Positions 51,491 through 63,900 of a stretch of DNA of 64,000 nucleotides are shown piece by piece. The DNA lies in NCBI GenBank assembly GCA_964035545.1, contig OZ037772.1, forward strand, positions 1,984,001 through 2,048,000, in the 5' to 3' direction. The position numbers and the translations under genes are program-made. The stretch comes from Bugula neritina. Its lineage: Eukaryota; Animalia; Bryozoa. Below the pieces are notes generated by a model, which worked only from the letters and a program-made list of their open reading frames with translations, had not been told where the DNA came from and did not search any database. Position 1 is the stretch's first letter. Each line of letters opens with the position of its first letter.

Positions 51491-51751
51491 ACGGTTCAAC
51501 AGTTACTAGCACCTCAATTTCCCAACACTTCTCACCTGTTCTGTGATCTTCACCTTGACCTCTTCCAACTTGTCATGACCCGGTAGTCTGCTGTCTCCAC
51601 TGTTGGAATCTGGTTTTATACTCTCACTCTCATTGGATGAGCCGTTAGCCAATAACGTGTGAGCAAATGGTGTGTTGGTGTTTAATGCTGAGTTATAACT
51701 AGTGTTTACTGCTGACTGAGAGAGATTCGGCCTCAACTACAAAACATAACA

Positions 51752-52621
51752 GGATAATCTACAGTACAAGGAGAGGATCTACAGTACAAGGAGAAGATCT
51801 ACAGTACAAGGAGGGGATCTACAGTACAAGGAGAGGATCTACAGTACAAGGAGAAGATCTACAGTACAAGGAGAGAATCTACAGTACAAGGAGAAGATCT
51901 ACAGTACAAGGAGAGAATCTACAGTACAAGGAGAGAATCTACAGTACAAGGAGAGGATCTACAGTACAAGGAGAGGATCTACAGTACAAGGAGAGGATCT
52001 ACAGTACAAGGAGGGGATCTACAGTACAAGGAGAGGATCTACAGTACAAGGAGAAGATCTACAGTACAAGGAGAGGATCTACAGTACAAGGAGAGGATCT
52101 ACAGTACAAGGAGAGGATCTACAGTACAAGGAGAAGATCTACAGTACAAGGAGAGGATCTACAGTACAAGGAGAAGATCTACAGTACAAGGAGAGGATCT
52201 ACAGTACAAGGAGAAGATCTACAGTACAAGGAGAAGATCTACAGTACAAGGAGATAATCTACAGTACAAGGAGAGGATCTACAGTACAAGGAGAAGATCT
52301 ACAGTACAAGGAGAGAATCTACAGTACAAGGAGAGAATCTATAGTACAAGGAGAAGATCTACAGTACAAGGAGAGGTTCTACAGTACAAGGAGAGGATCT
52401 ACAGTACAAGGAGAAGATCTACAGTACAAGGAGAGGATCTACAGTACAAGGAGAGGATCTACAGTACAAGGAGAGAATCTACAGTACAAGGAGAGGATCT
52501 ACAGTACAAGGAGAGGATCTACAGTACAAGGAGAGGATCTACAGTACAAGGAGAGGATCTACAGTACAAGGAGAGGATCTACAGTACAAGGAGAAGATCT
52601 ACAGTACAAGGAGAGGATCTA
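51752..52621. repeat. 20-bp minisatellite (GGATCTACAGTACAAGGAGA), ~43 copies
   Basis: Tandem units visible. Confidence 0.97.
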
Positions 52622-53039
52622 ATGTATTCCTTAGCTACAGTCTCACAAGAGAATGGATACTCTACCAGATGTGTGTATGATATGTGAGTGGTAGATGAAC
52701 TCACCTGGTCAGCCATTGAAAGTCGAATGAGTTCACTAGATATCACTCCGTCTGTGTCACACAGGAAGTGCTTCCTCTGAGAGTTCTGGACCTTTGTCTT
52801 CGCTCCTATGGCAACAGCAGTGAAACTATTAGTTACTATAGCAACAGCAGTGAAACTATTAGTTACTATAGCAACAGTAGTGAAATTAGTTACTATAGTA
52901 ACAGCAGTGAAACTATTAGTTACTATAGCAACAGCAGTGTAACTAGTAGCTAAACTAATTTGGGCACAGAGTAAATATAAACATACACAGCTATAGTGTA
53001 CACAGAGTAGATATAAATATACACAGCTATAGTGTACAC

Positions 53040-54168
53040 CAGGGTTGGGGTCAATTACATGTAAATGTAATTAATTACAATTACATAAAGATTTGTCAAT
53101 TACAATTACAATTACAGTTAAAAAGTAATGTAATTAATTACAATTACAATTACATGGTAATGTAATTAATTACAATTACAATTACTTTTGTTCTCACAAG
53201 AGATAACTAGAAGTTATACAATGCCACTTCTAGGGTCCAACTACCAGGGGCAATGTTGACAGTGGTGAACCTCCTTTATTCCCAGCAGTGACACTATAGG
53301 GTCAATTCATGCCAAATCAACCAAATTTTAAGGGATTCCATGACTTTGCTTCTCAGATTTTGCTCATATTTACACATGTCCGGAGTACTATTCTGACATG
53401 ACAGAAACTTTTGGAGAAATGACTACATTAGTGGACAAAGGTTGGAAAAACTTTTGAGGAGAATTTGTGATTTCTACTTTTAAACCAACTTATAAATGTC
53501 TACATCTAAACTATTTTTTTTAGACTGAGCCTTAAAAATTGATGTAGGAAATATTTGAAAAAAATTCAAAATTTACAAAAATTTGCCCATATTCAATGGT
53601 TTAGCATATATGCACACAGAGTATTCTGTAGTATGTGTTGCTACTAGTGCAAATTGATAGGTGTTATCAAATCGCACAGCAAATTTTAAGACTTAGTCTA
53701 GAAAAATGTTTGAGATATAGATGTTTATAAATTGCTCTAAAAGTAGAAATCACAAATGTTCCTTAAAGTTTTTCCCAACCTTTGTCCACAAATGTAGTCA
53801 TTTCTCAAAAAGTTTTCTGTCAGGTCAAAAATATTTAAGATGAGTACTCAGGACATATGTAGGCCTATTTGGTGTAAATATAAACAAACTCTGAGACACA
53901 AAAGCACAGGCCATGTGGTGAGTTGGCATGGACTTGTTATTTAACAGTAGGCATGGTAGGAAAAGAATGATTTTTTCAAGATTTAAAAGTTTGAAGTAAT
54001 TGACATGTAATTATAAAGTAATTGTAAAATTCAATTACATTAGCAATGTAATTAATTACAATTACAATTACATGTTTATACATCAATTACAAATTACATT
54101 CAATTACTTGAAAAAATGTAATTAATTACAACCAATTACAATTACAAATTACAATTACCCAAACCCTG
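53040..54168 (+). mobile_element. Non-autonomous hAT-like element with perfect 8-bp TSD GTGTACAC
   Basis: TIRs CAGGGTTGGGGT / ACCCAAACCCTG, subterminal AATTAC repeats, TSD at 53032-39 and 54169-76; absent from the paralog (~10700). Confidence 0.93.
53298..53938. mobile_element. Nested foldback/MITE-like palindromic insertion
   Basis: ~53395-53540 and ~53680-53830 are imperfect inverted repeats (agaaatgactacatt..gtggacaaaggttgg / ccaacctttgtccac..aatgtagtcatttct). Ends caattcatgccaaatca / tgagttggcatggacttg. Absent from the copy at 2343-2754. Confidence 0.75.
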
Positions 54169-57100
54169 GTGTACACAGAGTATATATAAATAGACACAGT
54201 TATACACAGAGTATATATAAATATACACAGCTATACACAGAGTATATATAAATATACACAGCTATATACAGAGTATATATAAATATACACAGCTATAGTG
54301 TACACAGAGTATATATAAACATACACAGCTATATACAGAGTGTATATAAATATACAGCTATAGTATACACAAAGTATATATATAAACATACACAACTATA
54401 CACAGAGTATATATAAACATACACAGCTATATACAGAGTATATATAAACATACACAGCTATATACAGAGTATATATAAACATACACAGCTATAGTGTACA
54501 CAGAGTATATATAAATATACGCAGCAACAGTAAGGGTTGACACCATAATTTAGAATGAAGGAAGATTCTGTTTTCACCTGAAGAAGGTAGAAGCTGTTGG
54601 GTGGTCCTGTGTTCAATAGATGAGAGATTATCTCGGTATATGGTGTACGCATCATCAGATATGGGAGTGAGTCCTTGGTGGTCACATTTGAAGAGAGAGA
54701 AAGGTTCTGATACTCTGTGGGATATGTACAGTACATCAATTCAGACATGTACAGATTTGATGGATATAACGGTTTGTCTACTGTGAGCTAGCTAGTCAAC
54801 TATACTATGTATTGTACAGAAAGAAACAATTTCTCTCTCGGATACAATGGCACATATTCAGATATATCTTTATTGTATACTGTGGTGTTACTAACTGGTC
54901 AATAGTAATACAGTCTCTGCCCCCACTACTATAAACCACATGTAAAACTAGTAACATTTCTGTCAATATCCATTAATACACAGTCTGAGAACAGCGTGTA
55001 TATAAATGATAACTTTTTACCAGTAAATATTTCTACGATAAGAACAGCTCACAGGAAATCCACGTTGTCGACTACTGACTCATAATTATCACTAGTTGAC
55101 TACTAGTAACCATGGTAACAACTAACATCCTATTACAATCAAATGTTACTTGCTATCACCTGAATAAGTATCAGATTAGAGGTATAGTGTATGAATAATG
55201 TTGGCAGACAGCAGCCTACCAGTATGTAACTTTTAGTAACTGAGTCAATATACTGAGAAGTTACAGGGAGATGATACAATCCTTATATTTACTCTGCTGT
55301 ACTAGCCGAGGAACAAGAAAACTTGTGTTCTAATGTGCACCAAAATCTCTACTTAGCTACAAACATAGCTGATACTCTCCCCTGTTTATATAATAAAGTT
55401 GTAATCTAAAGAATACAAACACACTTTTCCTTAGTGGATGTCAGGACTGGGCTACTCAAAGCTCTCACCAGTTTTAACTTCTCAGGAGCATTGAGGAACA
55501 CGGTCTACAAAATACACCCACACATATCTAGAACTACCCTCTATATTCACTAAACAGAGTTCCTCAGTCTATTCAGCATGATAGGACACACCCAGCAGGA
55601 AATAAACTCAAGGCTAAAACAGTTATCTGACTGCGAATCACACATTTTATGTTTCCACATTGAAGAACACATTTAATCAGCACACACTAGGCTAACTACA
55701 ATCAGCTAGTCTCATGGTTCTCTCTCATATTACAGGGAGCTAAGTCTATCTAACTGGTGGCCAGCTATAAAGTTCTGAGTATTTATATAGTGTGCCCATG
55801 AATTGTTAACAGGGTGGACTCAACTTCTTTAACCCCTTCGTCTCGAACTCTCTGTATAATACTTATATTATGGGGCGCAGTAGCTATGTATTTTTGTAAA
55901 TTGAAAAAAAGTATTTAAATATACTCCAGTTGCAGTTTTATAATAGATTTGGAGACAACTAGCTAATGTTTAAATGAAAACATTTAATGGCCTACACCAA
56001 GCTTGAAAATAATTAGATATAAGCCCACCCCTTGTGCTAGTCACATATTCATATTCACAGCTTAAGTGAGCTGAAGCGCACATCACAGTGGCTGATCATC
56101 ACCACACACATTCTCACACTGTTCTCATAAACTGCAGAGTCGTGAATGGTACTTGAACTCGTACTGAAAGTGTTGCTCATAACTGTTCATATTGACACTG
56201 ACATTATGAAGTTAATAGTGATATTTCATTTTCAATAGTAGGGCTTTTAGATGGTATTGATTCATCCACAATGAGAAATACTTGCAAATGTTGATAAATT
56301 ATTTTATGATTGAATTGGTGAGTTATAATGTGTATCATTCAAATGTGAATATTGAACATGATCTGGTCGCCTTGATTACCTCATATTGATTCATCGCAAT
56401 TGTCAGTATAATTGTGCCATAGAGAATTCTAATAAGTTTGAAAATTGACATACAGTTTCACATTGCTCATTCACTTTCAGTGATCCATGCTTAGTGTCAC
56501 ATTGGCCTTTAGGCTTAAAGCAACGAAATCTAACAGTAACACTATCTATAAGTATATTTATATTATTATCAAGTATTAGCATTATGACATAAAATTAAAC
56601 TTAAAGCCTGTCAGTTATAGTGTCTATGAAATTAAATTCCAAAAATAAAAAAAAACAAAAATAACAACTTTTATTCACGCTTCAACTTTCAAAACGAAGA
56701 CTAGGTTCAACCCAACGAGGTAAGAGATGATCATTTAATCAGTTAATCACAATGCCTAGTATGTTATCACATTCACGCAAGCTTTCACTGTGAATCACAA
56801 TGATTATGAGTATGATTTAATGAGTATGGCAATCCCAACGACAATAAGTATAACTGTGAGTGTGAGTGACTGACTGAGTGTGACTGATAAGAGCCAGGCT
56901 AATGCCAGGGGCAATCGCAATCACAATCGGTATGACTGAATCACTATCAGTATAAGTATTACAATCACAAAGTCAAATGACAATGCCAATAGCACTATCA
57001 ATATCATATTGAATTGAATTTTGAATGCGAATATCAAATAGCACCCTCTTACCATTAGTATCAGTATGAGTATTAGTATTACTATTAGTATTACTTACAA

Positions 57101-57807
57101 CTTGCTTATGCAAGAGAATTAAATCTTTAAAGCGTAGCATCCTTTTCAAGCAAAATAAGGACAATAAGTTTCGTCAAATTGAGTTAAAAACTACAACTTA
57201 AAAGTCACAAGTATAAAGCAACTCATGCTCAGTCATCACTAATCCTAATCAAGCATATAGCATAATTTATTTTACAATGCGACAAGATTATCTAGACGGT
57301 GCGCTTACGCCTCTCATTGTACTTAAGCAATATCCAATTGTATGGTTTTTATGACTTTAAAATCCGTTTTTGAGAAGCAAGGCCAGTGTGGTATATTAAG
57401 AGTGTTGACTTTAAACCATGAAAAATCATTATGTCGCTAATGGTACCGCAAGTTTATATAAGTTATAAAAGAAAAGTTTTGCCACTTTTGTGATTTTATT
57501 TTTTTTTTTATATTATGTGTCCATTTTTTTAGTTTTGTTTATTGGTAAAGTTTTTAAACATATTTTCAATACATATAAAATTTTAAAAAAAGTTAAAACT
57601 TAATCATGCACGTATATACAAAGCTATAAAGTTTAAGCTTCGCTGTGATTACAATGTGAATATGAATTGAATAATGCTTGCAATAACCATTTTACACAAA
57701 ATATGTTACAGTTGCTATAAATGTAAGACTAGTAAATTGGATGCAAATAGGCACGGTAATACTATTTAATTTATGCTATTTTTGAAATTTGTAGTAAATA
57801 TTCGGCA

Positions 57808-57809
57808 TG

Positions 57810-57905
<96 letters not shown>

Positions 57906-58449
57906 TATAATAATATATTATATATTTTTATGTTATATATTGTTATATTATATATATATTATATAGGTATAATAATATTATATATAATATATATATATTA
58001 TAATAATATATTATATAATATAATAATATAATATATTATTATATTATATATTATATTATATATATATTATATATATATAATATCATATAAAATATATTAT
58101 TAAATTATATTATTTACAAAATATATATATATATTATAATAATATATTATATATTATTATATATTATATTATATTATTATATATATATATTATACAAGTA
58201 TAATAATATTATATATAATATATATATATTATAATAATATATATATATATATATTTATAGAATAATATATTATATATTATTATATTATATATTATATTAT
58301 ATATATATTATATATATATAATATCATATAAAATATATTATTATATTATATTATTTATAATATATATATATATATTATAATAATATATTATATATTATTA
58401 TATATTATATTATATTATATATATATATATTATACAAGTATAATAATAT

Positions 58450-58481
<32 letters not shown>

Positions 58482-58858
58482 TATAATAATATATATATAT
58501 ATTTTAATAATATATTATATATTATTATATTATATTTTATATATATTGTATATATAATATCATATATAATATATCATTATATTATGTATTATATCATATA
58601 TGATATATATATATATTATAATAATATATTATACATTAATATATTATATATTATATTATATATATATTATATATATAATAATATCATATATAATATATAT
58701 AATATATTATTATATTATATATTATATTATATATATAATAATATCATATATAATATATTATTATATTATATATTAAATTATATACATTATATATATAATG
58801 ATATTATATATAATATATATATATACATATAATAATATTATATATTATATATATATAA

Positions 58859-58917
<59 letters not shown>
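57808..58917. repeat. (TA)n and AT-only low-complexity tract with internal duplications
   Basis: Almost exclusively A/T; repeated tatacaagtataataatatt blocks. Confidence 0.97.
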
Positions 58918-58919
<2 letters not shown>

Positions 58920-59885
58920 CTGTGAGATATAGTGCGCTGCTTAAAAGAGCTCAATGTTTAAAACAGAGCATATCGTAAAATAGAATTGAAATGACACAGT
59001 TAAAATTGATAAAACATTTTATTACTAATAGTTTCATGTATGTTAAAATATACACTCTTCAGATAAAATGTTTAAATCTACTAAAGAATATATTACATGG
59101 TACTATTTAGGTAGTAAAAAGCTGAAAAGCTGGCGGATTAATGATATTTAAAAAAAGGCTGGTAAGCATATTGTATGGATTATAGGATGCTCATGTAACG
59201 CTTTCTAAAACAAATGCCCTCCCATGTCTACATGTAGAAATAAAATCACTTCTGGTGTTTAGTGAAGCGTATGTTGGTTTGTATACTATAAAATATAAAA
59301 TATTTCTCCCATAGACATAGTGTTATAGTTTTCAGATTTAGGGTTGATGTGCCACCAAGAGAGTCTATTTAACACTAGAGAAACTTCACCAGTTAAGTCG
59401 AGTAGATATCGTTATATTTAATACAAGAATACATAATAAAAATTCAATGTACAACAGTAATGATACGCACGTCTATTTAGTTTACAGCACTATCCTCAAC
59501 TGAGCTAGTAGCGCGAAGCGGCTACTATTACTTATCAAACAGCTTAGCTAATTGGCTAATACATTGTTCCGGGTCAATACGCAACCTTGCGTATTGTGTT
59601 GCTGGTAGCTCCACGAGCCACCACACTGCCCCCTCCAGCAGAAAGCCCACTTTCTGATAAAATAAGATTCACATAAAAAACGTATACTTCGTTGGGGGGT
59701 AAGAGAACAGCATAAAAGTATATAAAAAACAACAACTGGTAAAAATATACAGGTATATATATCGTGCACTAAGTAATAAGCAAGAGAAGGTCCTATCTAC
59801 ATATAGAGTACGTGCCACCATTACGGTAGGGAATGCCACAGAGAGGTAGGGGAATGAGTAGTAGGGAGTGGTAGGTAGACTCGAG

Positions 59886-60913
59886 TTAACTGCGGGCCGC
59901 ACGCTTCATGCGTTTAATAGACTCCTGTAAATATTTGAGTTCACTGGAGGCTGCCTGTATCCGTGGGGCCAGCCTGTACACTTCTTGCTCCAAGTCATGC
60001 GCCCTAGCTTCTACCTCACGTAGGTTACGGGCCCAGGGGGATGAGCGAGAGGAAGTTGGCTGCCTGTGTCGTTTCCGCTCTGAGGATGGAAGAGGAGGAG
60101 GGAGTGTATACGCATTTGTGTCTACTCTCTGTAGTACGACACGAGGAAAGGTATGCGGCATGCGTACAGGACTGTGAGGTGGAGAGTTAGCAGACTGTGT
60201 AGGTTATCTGCGGCTCCAGAGATGATGGGTCGCGGGGAAGGGAAGCCTTGCTCCAGGCGAGATAGCCGAGCTGAGTCAGTGATGAGTGGTTTGATGGCGT
60301 TGAGAAAGGCAGGATATGATGATTCGTCTACTTCATAGACATGTCCTTGATAGCACTGCATAGTACGTTGGTGCCGCAGTAGGTAATCACGATTATAGCT
60401 ATATTCTCCGCAAGGGCAGAAAGTGGTGATGTAGTGCTGCGGCAAGTGCACCTTTAGTCTGCGGTGGGTTGTGAATCGCTGCTGGCAGAGGTTGCATTCA
60501 CGATTACTCTCACCTCCTTGATGGGTCCTGATTTCTCTCTCTGTGGCAGGGGTAATCCAGTTGGAGGTTGCTTCCAACTGGGGTGGTAGTTGCCTGGTGG
60601 TAGGAGTTGCTGGGGCCGGCTCTGGGTCCCATGCCATCTCTAGAGAAGGCATGTCCGTAGAGACGGGTGCGAGTGTGTCTACAAAAGTAGAATTATTGTT
60701 AGATCGCGGTGGATCTTTACAACATAATTCTAGTGACTGTCGACCGTTGCTAGCCTGAGAGTCACAGCTTTTGGAATGCACTCGAGGAACTGATGAATCA
60801 TGTGTGGACTGACCAAGAACAGTGTCTAGCTCCAGGTCTAACAGACCGTCGGCCATTACAGTGTCTTCATCGTCATTCACATGAAACGTGGTTCCCAGTA
60901 ATTCTGATTCAAT
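59886..60913 (-). CDS. Gypsy accessory ORF downstream of pol: acidic/PST region, two zinc fingers, PxVxL, basic patch, coiled coil (one frameshift ~60203)
   Basis: ORFs 60122-60880 and 59886-60161 overlap and join with a 1-nt shift at gat-aa-cct. CNLC..F..HRRLKVHLPQH; CPC..Y..RDYLLRHQRTMQC; FPRVVLQR; RKRHR; LREVEARAHDLEQEVYRL..LKYLQESIKRM. Confidence 0.75.
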
Positions 60914-60964
60914 CTGCAGAATTTACTGGCATCGAGCCCGTTTCCATGAATAGGAATACAAGAC

Positions 60965-63900
60965 TTATACTGGCTTACCTGGGAACTCGGTATCTGGCTT
61001 ACCTGGGAACTCGGTATTAATGTCCATACTCAACGTTCTTGGTAAGGTTGGAGCTGGTTGTGAGATACGTCTGCCTTTGGCGATGTCAGCATAAGAAAAG
61101 GCTGAGCATCGTTTCTGAGGCACGAGGTCGGAACTATTTGCTTTACGCGTATTAATTCCTCCCACTATTCCGCCCTCGCAAAAGTTGATATTTGCGTGGG
61201 GTTCACAACTCCAACATTTTATCGTACGGTTTTCCCCTAGGCTTTCATATGCGCCGCTTCTAATGCAGTCACATATGAAGTCTTTCAAATACGGTGGGGG
61301 TTTCCTCGTACGCTGTCCCCTTTCTAGGGGGGGTGACACGCTTGCCGGTTCGTTAGTAGGGGCCTCTAATGGCGTCTCTACTTCACCGTTAGTGGTCACC
61401 TCTTCTTGTTCTCTGGATGGAGCCCCTCCCTCCGTGGGGGTTTGCACTTCCGGAACCGGCTCGGTTTCTGGAAGTGATGGAATTAGACTTGGCGGTGGCG
61501 GACACGCTTCTGTTGACAAAAGCTGCCGCTCCTCTCTCACCAAGTTTTCCTCCCGCGGTATGACCACTTCGTATTCAGGTCCATGCCGCCGTCGCCCGCG
61601 CGTCGTTGTCTGCCTCCTGGGCTCTAACAACGGGGGGGGGGCTTCTCCCACTCTGTCAGGGCTAGCCCAATACGGTTTCAAGCGAGACTCATTCTGGATA
61701 GACACCTGTCCTGAGCGCTCAATCTTGTACGTATGATTGGGCATAGCCTCGACGACCACGTAGGGGCCTACGAACTTAGGCTTCAGCTTATCAGCCTGTC
61801 CGCGGCGCCTACGGTAATTGACCATCCACACCTTATCTCCCCTTTGATAGAGAGGGGGTTCATCGGAATCTTCGTGCCGCACCTTCCACTGCTGTTGACG
61901 CAGTATATCGTGTGCGGCCTTCATCCGTTCCACTAGTTCACTGGCATACTCGTGAACCGAGTTGTCTTGCTCTGGAACGTGATAGGTGAGATGGTCGGGG
62001 ACACGAGTCTCTCTCCCGAGCATCAAGAGGTTTGGGGTCTCACCAGTACTGGTGTGTGGGGTGCTACGATATGCACGCATGACTTGCGGCAACACCGTAT
62101 CCCATTCCTCTTGACCTCGTCCAAGGAGGAGACTCCGGAGCGCATCACCTAGCATCCGGTTGTTGCGCTCCACCACCCCGTTACCTTGAGGGTGGTAAGG
62201 GGTGGTCCTGCTCTGATTTACTCCCCAGAGGTGGCAAAGGTCGCTCATCAGTTGAGACTGAAATTGAGCGCCTTGATCAGAGTGTATCTGTTCGGGAAGC
62301 CCAAAATAACAGAATACATGTTGGTCTAGTGCCCTGGCCACTGTTGGGGCTGATGCATCTGGGATAGCCAGAGCATCCGCCCACCTAGTAAAGTGGTCGG
62401 TTAGTACTAGGATCCAATTATTACCTCTGAGGGTCAGGGGCATGGGTCCGACCAGGTCTACAGCGACTACTTGCCAGGGCCTACCAGCATATAGCCTCCG
62501 CCGTCCTGCTTCACCAGGGGGGCGGCTATGCTTACTGGCCTGGCAGATCTCACACTGTTTGACTCTGAGCCGGACGTCACGCTCCATCTGCGGCCAATAC
62601 CACCGGAGTCGTAATTTGGATATCACTCGCTTGACCCCTGCGTGGGCCTGCTTGTGAGTATCCCAAATCAACTCACGGCGGATGGCTGTGGGGCAGACTA
62701 CCCTCTTCCTTTCCGGGTGTCTGCCGCTGGCAGCTAGAGAGATGGTTAGCAACCCATCCTGCCCAATCCGCAGCGAGTCCCAACGCTGACAGTATAGCCG
62801 GAACTCGGCGCATCCCTGTCGTATGCGTTCCTCGCTGGGTCGTCGCCCTTCCCTTTTGGCCTGGTAGATGTCTGCCACGACTCCCGGCAGCTCTTCTTGG
62901 AGCTTCTTCAGCTCTCGAACATTACCGGCCAGTACAGGGTTGGCGCGGAGGTTTTGTACATCCTCCGGGGACTCATCAACTCTTTGCCTGAGTTGACCTT
63001 GATCCCAGTCAAACGGCGCTCCGTGATGAGCCAGCGTCTCCAACTCGCATCGTGGGGGACCTCCATCCCTCCTCTCGATGTTGAGACACTGTTTGCAACC
63101 TCCGTCAGGTCGGCGACTCAACCCATCCGCATTGCTGTGTCTCTTGCCCGGTCGGTGTTCGATCCGGTATGAGAATTCAGCTAGGATTTCGAGCCACCGG
63201 GCGACCTGACTGGAGGGCTCTGCTCTCCTGCACAACCAGATCAGCGAGGCATGATCCGTACGCAGCCGGAACTTCCTGCCATATAGGTATGGTCTGAAGT
63301 GCTTCACTGACTTGATTACTGCCAGCAGCTCCTTGCGGGTAGTGCAGTGATTTCGTTCAGCGGGAGAGAGAGACTTGCTGTAGTAGGCTACTACTACTTC
63401 TCGGCCTTCCTGCACTTGCGACAGCACAGCGCCAACATTCTGGTCACTGGCGTCTGTGTCTAGGATGTATTCCAGAGTGGGGTCTGGGTAGGCCAAGATG
63501 GGCGCCGTTAGGAGGCAGCCCTTGAGGCGGTCGAACGCTTCTTGTTCGACTGGAGTGCACTGCCACGTCACTCCCTTTGCGGTAAGCCGGTTTAACGGCT
63601 GGGCTATGCCCGCAAAGTCTGGTATGTATTGCCTGTAATACCCTACCAGCCCCAAGAAAGCCCGGAGTCCGGTCAAGTCTTGAGGGGTGACCCAGTCTTC
63701 TACTGCCCGTACCTTTTCGGGATCCGTTGCCACGCCGTTTCGACCGACAACGTGCCCCAGGTACTTGACCTCCGGCTGCAACAGAGCGCACTTGGAAGGT
63801 TTGAGCTTAAGACCGGCACCTCGGAGTCTCTCGAAAACCTCTTGCAGACGACTGACATGTGTCTCGAAGTCTGGAGAGATTACGATGACATCATCGAGGT

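Larger units (their letters stand above)
49494..51736 (-). pseudogene. C6orf136: C6orf136 (DUF2358, SnoaL/NTF2-like)-like gene fragment, 5 exons, one frameshift
   Basis: Exons 51736-51536, 50743-50646, 50457-50331, 49803-49693, 49563-49494 splice to KLEEVKVKITEQ-FPVFFKSSVHYYNHYTTDLVFENNF..KGIAKYAMQLTKLRLL..HPDDG/AIKVRWTMRG..DGFNTFWVNKNGLIYRHHLDR. This matches the remembered C6orf136 pattern (LRQELP.LF..HDY..Y..DV.F, HPE..TL.ARW, D..STFY....GLI..H.LD). One extra G in a G5 run at 50344-48; start and last exons not recognised. Confidence 0.8.
52705..56190 (-). pseudogene. Second copy of the 5' exons of the tentatively AP5B1-like pseudogene
   Basis: Paralogs of the 10234-12490 exon-like segments (e.g. 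54578-54778 ..YCTYPTEYQNL..SFYLLQ|gt); in-frame stops shared with copy 1. Confidence 0.45.
51490..56626 (+). repeat. Segmental duplication, copy 2 (paralog 9445-12918)
   Basis: Collinear with copy 1; contains the same decayed minus-strand exons with shared stops, an expanded 20-bp array and a copy-specific TE. Confidence 0.97.

Noticed and set aside
50744-51546. Poly-Pro / RG-rich ORFs (and similar ones at 8897-9469)
   Set aside because: Purine microsatellite translations.
59886-60880. env gene of an errantivirus-like element
   Set aside because: No signal peptide, fusion-protein cleavage context or transmembrane anchor; the content is zinc finger and coiled coil.
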